Source: a virus (taxonomy: Duplodnaviria; Caudoviricetes). Taken from it: a stretch of 29,086 bases of DNA. The translations under genes were made by a program, and so were the position numbers. Under the pieces are notes generated by a model. That model was not told where the DNA came from. It ran no database searches and saw only the letters and a program-made list of their open reading frames with translations. The stretch spans positions 1-29,086 of the IMG/VR virus record IMGVR_UViG_3300020440_000062. One strand, 5' to 3'. The number at the start of each line of letters is the position of its first letter. Position 1 is the stretch's first letter. Positions 7,116 to 15,453 of this stretch are shown here, piece after piece.

Positions 7116-8124
7116 CTAAATTATTATAAATCGCCATTAAAATATTTTTGTCATAAGTTTCAGAATCAACGCCGTCTAATTGTTTTAACACAATTTGATC
7201 AACTGAGTCAAATTTTTCAACTTTTACCAGTGGTTGTTGTGCTTGATCAATTTGTTCTGGAATTAGTTGTAATTCTCTTAATTTGTATTTTTCCATGAAC
7301 GTTTCTCTTATAAAGTTTGCTTCTTCGTAAGATATCTTTATGTCTAATGAAACTCTCACATACATATTTGGTTGCAACATATCGTCGGCATCGTTTAATA
7401 GTTTACTAATTTTGAAGTTTCTATATCTTGGCATATCAGGCCAATTGATATATTTTGGTTTGCCATCCCATTCCAATATCATCATACCACGTTCGTCATC
7501 TCCAGAGTCTGCGTAGTTGTGCGGAAACGCATTTCCCATATAATGAATATTGTTGCTAATCTGCCTTTTATGGAAGTGTCCTGTGAACATATATTCTTGA
7601 TTCTTAAAATGTTCTGCTTTGATAGTACCTGTGTCAGGCATATCCACCATTGCATTCATTTTAAAGTATGGCAATTCAAAATGGCCAAACATATACCTTG
7701 CTTTTATTTCTTTTATCTTTTTCCATTCATCTTGCACCACCCATGGAATAATTGCCACATCGTTCTCAATAATCCATTCATTTACAATATGGACATTTGG
7801 AATATATCTTACAAACTCCATGCTATTAATTTCTCTTTTGTCTCTGTAAAACAAATCGTGATTGCCCATTATGACATAAACTTTCTCGAAAGCCTTGCCT
7901 AACCTTTCCATGTTTGAAACTGTGTAGTTCATAGTGGATACGTTTGTGGATGATCTGTGGTGATGCCAATCGCCTAAAAATATGCAAGTTTCACAACCGT
8001 GTGCTTTTGCTTGTTCTATAAACCAGTGAACAAACGATTCACAATCATCATTGTGTATTCTGCTGTTCCCCTTCATACCAAAGTGTATGTCAGTAAAGCA
8101 GGCGACTTTATTAAAAAAGTTCAT
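7102..8124 (-). CDS. gp47: Recombination endonuclease nuclease subunit (T4 gp47 / Mre11 / SbcD-like)
   Basis: Metallophosphoesterase motifs DIH, GD, GNHD, GH and GHFH; directly upstream of gp46. Confidence 0.95.
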   Translation of the reverse strand: MNFFNKVACFTDIHFGMKGNSRIHNDDCESFVHWFIEQAKAHGCETCIFLGDWHHHRSSTNVSTMNYTVSNMERLGKAFEKVYVIMGNHDLFYRDKREINSMEFVRYIPNVHIVNEWIIENDVAIIPWVVQDEWKKIKEIKARYMFGHFELPYFKMNAMVDMPDTGTIKAEHFKNQEYMFTGHFHKRQISNNIHYMGNAFPHNYADSGDDERGMMILEWDGKPKYINWPDMPRYRNFKISKLLNDADDMLQPNMYVRVSLDIKISYEEANFIRETFMEKYKLRELQLIPEQIDQAQQPLVKVEKFDSVDQIVLKQLDGVDSETYDKNILMAIYNNLDVNN

Positions 8125-9062
8125 TACTTTTTACTTTCTTTATATTTTAACAGTGAAAAATCTCTTTCACCTGTTTTTTTAAAATGTCTATTAAACAATG
8201 CCATTGATGTTTTAGTTGCCACCCGCACAGCACTATTTCCTGTTTTTTCTTTTTGTTTGTAGGTCGCGGTTCCCATTTCATTCGCACTCTGTCTTGTGAA
8301 CGAAGGATTCATTCCAGCGTCTTCTAGTATGTCGTCTCTGATGTTTTGATTTCTTTTTTCAATGTTTAATATTCTTGTAAAACTATTAGTTATCGCCGCT
8401 GTGTAGTAGGCAAACGGATTCTCGGATTTGGATTCATCAAATTGTAAACCTATTTGACTCAATTGCATTAGTGCTTGTGATCTCATCTCATCGTTGTACG
8501 TATAACCTCTCCAGTTTGATCTTGTGCCATATCTTTCACAGAGTTTCATAAACATCATTGCTAGATTTTTTGTAATTGTACCGTGGTCGACACTGAAATA
8601 GCCGTTACTCATTCCTCCAATCCAATGAGATTTGCCAACGCATTTTGGTTTTGCTTTCTTGTCTAACCTATAATGTTGGAAAGGTGGAAAATTACATTTT
8701 GCATGATGATCCGATGTTTGTTTAGGATTCCTTTTTCTTGTGCTGTCCAAAGGCACGTGATCAAAAGTCATTACACGAAAAACTAAATCTGTTTTGTCTA
8801 TTGTCCTAGGCGATACAGTAAAATCTGATAATTTTATCTTTTTTTGTCCTTGTGCTTTTGCTTCTTCCCAAGCAGTCACAGTCATTTTTTTTGCTTTATT
8901 TTTTCTTGCTTGAGCGATTGAACTGGCATTTATTTTGGAAAGTGCAGGCAGTATTATATCATAGTCAGCATCTTTGTCGGCCACGTATGAACTATACGTA
9001 CCCTTACTTTTGTGTATTTCTTTCAGCAGATCGCGGTTGTTTAAGTATTTTACTCGTTTCAT
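8124..9062 (-). CDS. gp55: Late-transcription sigma factor, T4 gp55-like
   Basis: YLNNRDLL N-terminus, NWRGYTYNDEM, FDESKSENPFAYYT...SFTRILNIEK; 55-47-46 order as in T4-like phages; TATAAATA boxes present in the window. Confidence 0.85.
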   Translation of the reverse strand: MKRVKYLNNRDLLKEIHKSKGTYSSYVADKDADYDIILPALSKINASSIAQARKNKAKKMTVTAWEEAKAQGQKKIKLSDFTVSPRTIDKTDLVFRVMTFDHVPLDSTRKRNPKQTSDHHAKCNFPPFQHYRLDKKAKPKCVGKSHWIGGMSNGYFSVDHGTITKNLAMMFMKLCERYGTRSNWRGYTYNDEMRSQALMQLSQIGLQFDESKSENPFAYYTAAITNSFTRILNIEKRNQNIRDDILEDAGMNPSFTRQSANEMGTATYKQKEKTGNSAVRVATKTSMALFNRHFKKTGERDFSLLKYKESKK

Positions 9063-9127
9063 AAGTTATAACCTTTTAATTAAAATGTATTGCCGTACGG
9101 GGAATTAAATGCGCCTATAATTGTGCC

Positions 9128-9135
9128 TATAAATA
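9128..9135 (+). promoter_or_regulatory. T4-type late promoter for the baseplate operon
   Basis: Exact TATAAATA 58 nt upstream of ATG 9194. Confidence 0.75.
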
Positions 9136-9142
9136 TGTTTAA

Positions 9143-9171
9143 AGTATACGAAATTTAATTTGAAAATGCAA
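9143..9171 (-). promoter_or_regulatory. sigma70-type promoter for gp55-gp47-gp46
   Basis: Minus strand TTGCAT (9171-9166), 17 nt, TATACT (9148-9143). Confidence 0.65.
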
Positions 9172-9193
9172 CCTTTTAAAAAGAATTAAAAAT

Positions 9194-10102
9194 ATGGCAG
9201 ACACTTGGAACACTGTAGACGTTGATAATGAACCTAATAACCCAGGCTTTAATGCGGACAAAAAATCCGTAGCAAAAACGATAGCGGGTGCGGGCGGTAA
9301 TATTTTCAACAGGACACTAGGTAGACTATTTGGTGCTAAATTACCACCAGGAGCCGAAGGTCCAATGGCGACCAATACCCAAGCGGCATGGTCAAAAAGA
9401 ACTAATCAAACCGACTGGCGTGTCAAACTAACGTTAAGGAAAAACGAAGATATGTATAATTTCTTTTTTGGCAACGCGAAAACAGGTGATACAAGTCAAA
9501 CAAAATTGCTAGGTCCTTTGGCAAATGACGGCGGAATTGTTTTTCCTTTAACACCATCGATTATTATACAACATCAAGCCAATTATAATGCTTTAGCACA
9601 AACACATTCAAATTATCCATTTTATGCATATGAAAATTCTGAACCTGCAAACTTGACGATTGTAGGAGAATTTCCTGTGCAAAATCAAAGTGATGCACAA
9701 TACTGGGTTGGTACATTGCATTTTTTAAGATCAGCAAGTAAAATGTTTTTTGGTGGAGATGATACTGCCAACAGAGGAAACCCACCTCCGATACTTACTT
9801 TGAATGGATATGGAAATCATGTCTTCAAAAATGTTCCTGTAATTATTACAAGTTTTACAGTTGAACTTACTCAAGGAGTTGATTATATTTCGACTTCACA
9901 GAATAATAAAATAGCAACACCAAATCAAACTTCACAAACTTACACACCAAATGATAGTTTGCCAGAAACATGGGCGCCTACACAAAGTATCTTTACAGTT
10001 CAGATACAACCAGTATACTCAAGAGATACAATTAAAAAATTCAGTATGCGACAATTTGTTGATGGAAATTTAAGTAATAAAGACGGAGTAGGATTCATTT
10101 AA
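9194..10102 (+). CDS. Baseplate tail-tube initiator-like protein (gp48/gp54-type)
   Basis: 302 aa; IVFPLTPSI, GNPPPILTLNGYG and NVPVIITSFTV are typical of tube-fold baseplate proteins; first gene of the baseplate operon. Confidence 0.6.
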   Translation: MADTWNTVDVDNEPNNPGFNADKKSVAKTIAGAGGNIFNRTLGRLFGAKLPPGAEGPMATNTQAAWSKRTNQTDWRVKLTLRKNEDMYNFFFGNAKTGDTSQTKLLGPLANDGGIVFPLTPSIIIQHQANYNALAQTHSNYPFYAYENSEPANLTIVGEFPVQNQSDAQYWVGTLHFLRSASKMFFGGDDTANRGNPPPILTLNGYGNHVFKNVPVIITSFTVELTQGVDYISTSQNNKIATPNQTSQTYTPNDSLPETWAPTQSIFTVQIQPVYSRDTIKKFSMRQFVDGNLSNKDGVGFI

Positions 10103-10401
10103 TGGCAAAATATTCAAACACTTCTCCATACTTTGCTACAGAAGAAAATAATATTAGTTTAGACTTTTTTGTGCCAAGAACAATTACGGCCGAGGACGAC
10201 GATATATCTTATACTATCGATAGAATATATGCTTACAGACCCGACCTACTTGCATATGATTTATATGGCAATCCAAGACTTTGGTGGGTGTTTGCACAAA
10301 GAAATCCAGACTCAATAGAAGATCCAGTCTATGATTTCGCTCCGGGGGTTGTAATACAGTTGCCAAAATTAAGCAATCTGCAAAAAGATTTAGGAGTTTA
10401 A
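10102..10401 (+). CDS. Baseplate wedge protein, gp53-like / LysM-like
   Basis: RPDLLAYDLYGNPRLWWVFAQRN...IQLP motif; TAATG-coupled to the upstream gene. Confidence 0.8.
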   Translation: MAKYSNTSPYFATEENNISLDFFVPRTITAEDDDISYTIDRIYAYRPDLLAYDLYGNPRLWWVFAQRNPDSIEDPVYDFAPGVVIQLPKLSNLQKDLGV

Positions 10402-10402
10402 T

Positions 10403-12520
10403 ATGCCCGGCGAATATTACTCATCTCCGAGTGAAGGTAGCACACTTTCAAAATCTAAAGATGAAAAAGGCAAAAATAACGATGTAATAAAATCCAAAGC
10501 CATTGTTCCAAATGCTTTACATCAATATGCATCTTATAATTACATCTGGACTTTATCTGGATTATCAGAAGAAGAGATAAGAGATCCAAAGTTATACAAA
10601 ACGAATCCTCCGCACGATATTATTGCACGTTCCGGCGGCATAGGTCCATCAACTTCTTTTAACAATGCTAGTCCTTTTGATACACCAAAAGATGTTTCAG
10701 GGGACGGAATGGGAATGGAGGCGGTATATGCTAAAGAAAGAAATAAAAGTAGAATCGAAACAGCAGAGGCCTCTAATTTGATATTAAAAAGAAATCACGA
10801 TATTTTTTTTAAAAGAGTAGTGATGACTGGTTCTTATGTGCCTAATCCCGATAGGAAACTTATGAATTTTAACAAACTTGAAATGGATTTAGAAGAACCT
10901 TTAGGTATAACTTTATTTGAAAAACTTAGAGCCGCGGCCTATAACAACGGTTATTTAGATCATACTGATGCACCATATCTTTTAACTTTAGAATTCGTAG
11001 GCATGGACTCAACTGGTAAAGTAATTAGGAATCCAGTGCCAAAAAAATATTATCCAATCAAAATTTCAAATTTTATAATGAATTTAAATGCGGGCGGCAC
11101 AACATATTCAGGCATAGCAGTACCATGGACTGAGTTTGGAATGTCTAACAGGTTTTTGTATACGAGGGGACAATTCAAAGTTGAAGGAAATTCTTTACGT
11201 GAAAAATTTGATTCTATCACAGAAGGATTAAAATCAAACCAAGAAAAAGAAATTGCTAAAAATATTAAGCAACACATAGATGAATACGTAATACAAATAC
11301 ATCCAGATTTCAATACCGAAAAATATACTGGTGATGTAGCAGACGTCAAGCAAATGCAATCAAGTGATTTTGAAACCGAAGGTAAACAAACAACAAAATC
11401 AGAGATGCAAGTAAATCCTGGCACAGCAGTTAGTAAACTTATCGAATCAATCATGCTGTCTACTCCATATTACAATGATCTAGTTAAAAATGTTGTTGAA
11501 AAATATTTTGGCAAAGACGGAAAACCTTCAAGTGGTGTAGGAGGCGTTATAGATGGTGAAATGGTTCCTTGGTTTAAAATTTTAACATCTGTGCAAACTG
11601 AAAAACCATTTGATGATATTACAAAAATGCACAAAAAGAAAATTATATATTCAGTACAACCTTATCAAATTCATATTTTAAATTTTGCCGTACCAGGTTT
11701 AAGTGGTGCGGATATGATGGGCAAATATGTTAAAAAAGATTATCAGTACATCTTCACTGGCCAAAATTTAGATATTTTAGATTTAGATATAAACTACAAG
11801 GCGGCTTTCTTTCAAAGTTCTTTGACTTCGGGATCGAGAGCGGATACAGGAAACGATGCAAAGGATACTTCGGGAGATGAGAATGCTAATTTATATTATG
11901 GACAATCTAGATATCCAGAACCAGAACTACCTTTAAGAAGTTATCCTGGCATTAGTAGTACAGAAGATGCAGTTCAACGTGCAGATAAAAGTAATAAGAC
12001 GCAAGAATTTTTTGATTATCTTATAAATGGCACTGGCTTTATGGTCAGAGTAGAAATGAAGATAATGGGAGACCCTTCGTTTATAGGTGATCATTATGCC
12101 GAACCTATCAAAGTAATGGGTGATGGAAAAATACAAAAAGTTGAAAGGGTTGGGTCATATGGTGGTAATGTTTGGGACGAACAACAAGGTGCGTTTGACC
12201 TTGACCAAGGAGAACCGTTAGTAACATTGCACTTCAGATATCCTACAGACTTCGACGAGGTATCTGGAAATTATAAATTTAAATCTCAGGAAGAAATTCA
12301 GTTCTCTGGTTTATATAAGGTCTCGAGAGTAGAAAGCACTTTCGATAATGGTCAGTTTACTCAAATACTTACGATGGTGAGAATGAATAATCAAAAAGGC
12401 GATAAGAAATCGGCCAAACCATTAATTAACAAAGAGAAGATTAACTACCAAGATGCCAAACCAAAAGCATACAACGTAACTGATATTGATGCGGCAGGCA
12501 GAATAAGAGGCGGATTATAA
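10403..12520 (+). CDS. Putative baseplate hub protein (gp27/gpD-like)
   Basis: 705 aa between the gp53-like and spike genes; C-terminal KIMGDP and FSGLYKVSRVESTFDNGQFTQILTM are typical of hub proteins. Confidence 0.6.
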   Translation: MPGEYYSSPSEGSTLSKSKDEKGKNNDVIKSKAIVPNALHQYASYNYIWTLSGLSEEEIRDPKLYKTNPPHDIIARSGGIGPSTSFNNASPFDTPKDVSGDGMGMEAVYAKERNKSRIETAEASNLILKRNHDIFFKRVVMTGSYVPNPDRKLMNFNKLEMDLEEPLGITLFEKLRAAAYNNGYLDHTDAPYLLTLEFVGMDSTGKVIRNPVPKKYYPIKISNFIMNLNAGGTTYSGIAVPWTEFGMSNRFLYTRGQFKVEGNSLREKFDSITEGLKSNQEKEIAKNIKQHIDEYVIQIHPDFNTEKYTGDVADVKQMQSSDFETEGKQTTKSEMQVNPGTAVSKLIESIMLSTPYYNDLVKNVVEKYFGKDGKPSSGVGGVIDGEMVPWFKILTSVQTEKPFDDITKMHKKKIIYSVQPYQIHILNFAVPGLSGADMMGKYVKKDYQYIFTGQNLDILDLDINYKAAFFQSSLTSGSRADTGNDAKDTSGDENANLYYGQSRYPEPELPLRSYPGISSTEDAVQRADKSNKTQEFFDYLINGTGFMVRVEMKIMGDPSFIGDHYAEPIKVMGDGKIQKVERVGSYGGNVWDEQQGAFDLDQGEPLVTLHFRYPTDFDEVSGNYKFKSQEEIQFSGLYKVSRVESTFDNGQFTQILTMVRMNNQKGDKKSAKPLINKEKINYQDAKPKAYNVTDIDAAGRIRGGL

Positions 12521-14034
12521 TGGCTGAAAATATACATTTAACAGGTGACGTTTTCACAACCAAAGCACCGGGTAAAGATCAATCCTACGGTACCGTTGGA
12601 TCCGGTCCTTACATAGGAATAGTCAAGCAAAATAAAGACCCTGAAAAAATGGGAAGATTGGGTGTGGTGATTCCAAACCTAGCAAAAGCACCAAACACAA
12701 AATCAAATGAATTAATAATCTGTGAATATCTAACACCATTCTATGGAGCAAAAAGTCTTCAGGTTACAGGAAAAGATAAACCATACAGTTATGATGAAAG
12801 TCAGCATTCATATGGTATGTGGGCAGTGCCACCCGATATCGATACACGAGTCCTTGTAATTTTTGCTGAAGGCAAAATATCAAATGCATTTTGGATAGGT
12901 TGCGTACAGGATTCCTACACAAATCACATGGTTCCTGGTCTAGGTGCATCAACGCAGACAAGTGTAGATACATCAGACGAGAGTCAAGCAGAGACTAAAA
13001 AAGAACAAACTTATGGAACTGATTATGTGCCTGCAGGCGAGGCAAATAGGAATTTTTGGTCGCAACAAGGAGGCAAGTACGAAAATATTAAAAAGCCTAT
13101 ACATCCATTTGCAGAGACTTTAAGGGAACAAGGCCTAATCCAAGACACAGTAAGGGGAACAACATCATCATCTGCAAGGAGAGAATCTCCTAGTAATGTT
13201 TTTGGTATCAGCACCCCGGGTCCTGTAGATAAAACAAAACCAACAAAACAACTTGGCCCAACTGACGCACTAGAAGATGTACATACTTCAAGACGTCCAG
13301 GACACACTTTTGTTATGGATGACGGTGATAATAATGGAGACAACCATCTTGTACGTTTGAGAACAAGTTCTGGTCATCAAATATTATTGCACGACACAGA
13401 AGGTTGTGTTTACATAGCAAACGGATCAGGTGAAGCATGGATGGAGTTTTCAAACAATGGAACTATAGATATCTATTCCGGCAACAGTATTAATGTAAGG
13501 TCAAGCACGAATATGAATTTTCATAGCGACGCTAATATTAGTTTTTACGCAGACGGCGAAATAAAAATGAAAGCAGGCGGAAAACTTGTAATGGATGGCA
13601 GTAGAATACAAGCCATGTCTGACAACGATATTATGATTCATGCAGAAAATGGATCTATAACAACCAAAGCAGTCAACAGTAATATTTTAAGTTACAGTGC
13701 ATCTGGTCAACAACATCATTCAGGTGGTGATATACACATGGCAGGGACCGAAGTACATATGAATTCAATTGCGGCGGACAGTGAAATAGTTACTACTATG
13801 ATTAGAACAGATATGCAGTCCACTGATCCATCAGGTACTAACACACTTGTTGTGCCAATTGCAGATGTCAATACCTCACTCAAAGGTTTAGCACAACCAT
13901 TAAAATCAAGTCCATTAGCAAATGATTCGATGGACGGAATGCGTGTACCAACACACGAACCATATGCAGAACACTTTGGAAAAAAAGTTGGACTTAAAAT
14001 GTTTACAGGAGCAGGCAAACAGCCTTGGAAATAG
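12520..14034 (+). CDS. Baseplate central spike, gp5/VgrG-like (OB fold plus beta-helix), no lysozyme domain seen
   Basis: DPEKMGRLGVVIP, WAVPPDIDTRVLVIF, GHTFVMDD, RTSSGHQILLHD, beta-repeat region, RVPTHEP near the C-terminus. Confidence 0.8.
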   Translation: MAENIHLTGDVFTTKAPGKDQSYGTVGSGPYIGIVKQNKDPEKMGRLGVVIPNLAKAPNTKSNELIICEYLTPFYGAKSLQVTGKDKPYSYDESQHSYGMWAVPPDIDTRVLVIFAEGKISNAFWIGCVQDSYTNHMVPGLGASTQTSVDTSDESQAETKKEQTYGTDYVPAGEANRNFWSQQGGKYENIKKPIHPFAETLREQGLIQDTVRGTTSSSARRESPSNVFGISTPGPVDKTKPTKQLGPTDALEDVHTSRRPGHTFVMDDGDNNGDNHLVRLRTSSGHQILLHDTEGCVYIANGSGEAWMEFSNNGTIDIYSGNSINVRSSTNMNFHSDANISFYADGEIKMKAGGKLVMDGSRIQAMSDNDIMIHAENGSITTKAVNSNILSYSASGQQHHSGGDIHMAGTEVHMNSIAADSEIVTTMIRTDMQSTDPSGTNTLVVPIADVNTSLKGLAQPLKSSPLANDSMDGMRVPTHEPYAEHFGKKVGLKMFTGAGKQPWK

Positions 14035-15027
14035 ATGTCAGGAAGAACTAACATAAAAGGTACAAAGGGTTACGATCCAGATTACGCAAAAGAAATTCAT
14101 AAAAAGAATATCGAATCAGCGGGTGCATCTGGGCAAGGATTTTACAATGCCGAAATGGGAAAAGAGTTTGCAAAAGATTTGAAAAATATTTTAGAGCCAC
14201 ACGTCACTGCTTTAAAAAATGAAATTGATCCTATTTGGAAAAATAATTCAGCAAGTCCCGGCAGTTCAGAATTTGTATCACAATTGAACAGGACAAGTAG
14301 TATTTTTGCAGTAAGGTCAGGACAAATAAAAGCAGATTTAGATGCTTACTTAGAAGAAAAAGGACTTAAAGATTCTACCGATTTGGAGTCAGTTCAAAAA
14401 GCGAAAAATGAATTTTTAACAAAGTATGCTTCTACGTATGGAGTACCAACAGAAACATTTGACAAAAAATCTAAAACATCAAATGTCAAAGCAACAACTG
14501 GATCGGTTGATATACAAAGTATTTCAAAATCGGCTCCAATAAACGCATCGGCTCTTAAAGATCAAGTATTTGTAAATACTGACGCTGTAATGAGCAAGTC
14601 GGGAGATTTTTCAAAATTAGTTAATACAAACATCAAGAAAGCAACAGGCAATTTGAGTTTTGATGATATTGGCAGTAAAATTGGAAATTTTGCTGAGGCC
14701 GGAACTGCATCAATTAGTAACTTACTGGGAGACATCAAGAACCCAGATTCACAGATCGGCGGAATGATTACTAAAACTTTAGGAAAGGTCGAAAGTTTAT
14801 CAACAAATTTTGACGCAAATATGTTCAATAAGAATATTCCTAATATGCCAGATCTTAAATCGCTTGTACCCAAGGGTGCATCTAATGTAAATATATCAAA
14901 TGCTGTTTATAAAACAACAGTTGGTAACAACGTTGTTAGTGTCACTGAAGTAAAATCAGTGATAGCAGATACAGGTAAAACTTTAGGATCAGTATCTAAA
15001 AGCAGTGGAAAGGTTTTTGACATTTAA
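14035..15027 (+). CDS. Hypothetical virion-associated protein
   Basis: 330 aa, Lys/Ser-rich, between the spike and gp25; starts in frame immediately after the spike TAG. Confidence 0.65.
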   Translation: MSGRTNIKGTKGYDPDYAKEIHKKNIESAGASGQGFYNAEMGKEFAKDLKNILEPHVTALKNEIDPIWKNNSASPGSSEFVSQLNRTSSIFAVRSGQIKADLDAYLEEKGLKDSTDLESVQKAKNEFLTKYASTYGVPTETFDKKSKTSNVKATTGSVDIQSISKSAPINASALKDQVFVNTDAVMSKSGDFSKLVNTNIKKATGNLSFDDIGSKIGNFAEAGTASISNLLGDIKNPDSQIGGMITKTLGKVESLSTNFDANMFNKNIPNMPDLKSLVPKGASNVNISNAVYKTTVGNNVVSVTEVKSVIADTGKTLGSVSKSSGKVFDI

Positions 15028-15410
15028 TGGCAACGAATAAAGTAATATACAGAGGATTCAGTTCCAAATCAGATCAAACAAATTACAAATTGTATGACTT
15101 TGAACTAATCAAGCAGGATTTAATTAACAGACTATCTGTTAGAAAGGGTGAAAGAGTAGAAAATCCTGAATTTGGTACAATTATATACGATGCTATATTT
15201 GAACCATTAACTGAAGCATTAAGACAGGCTATTGCGGATGATATCACAGCAAATTTGAATGCAGATCCTAGGCTTTCTACAAAAGAAATCAATATCAGTG
15301 AATATGAACACGGTATTGCTGTAGAATGTTCTCTAACATATCTGCCATATGATATTACCGAAAAACTTATATTCAAGTTTGATGAAAATTCATCAGTAAG
15401 TCTATCTTAA
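15027..15410 (+). CDS. gp25: Baseplate wedge subunit / sheath initiator, gp25-like
   Basis: LIKQDLINRLSVRKGERVENPEFGTIIYDAIFEP...DPRL. Confidence 0.9.
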   Translation: MATNKVIYRGFSSKSDQTNYKLYDFELIKQDLINRLSVRKGERVENPEFGTIIYDAIFEPLTEALRQAIADDITANLNADPRLSTKEINISEYEHGIAVECSLTYLPYDITEKLIFKFDENSSVSLS

Positions 15411-15430
15411 TATACGTACATAATTAATAC

Positions 15431-15438
15431 TATAAATA
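15431..15438 (+). promoter_or_regulatory. T4-type late promoter for gp6 and the giant gene
   Basis: Exact TATAAATA 15 nt upstream of ATG 15454. Confidence 0.75.
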
Positions 15439-15453
15439 TTCGTATTACACGTT

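Noticed and set aside
5340-14034. Genome-wide TAG recoding (alternative genetic code)
   Set aside because: Conserved genes are full length under the standard code, and gp46 ends at TAG where the family normally ends.
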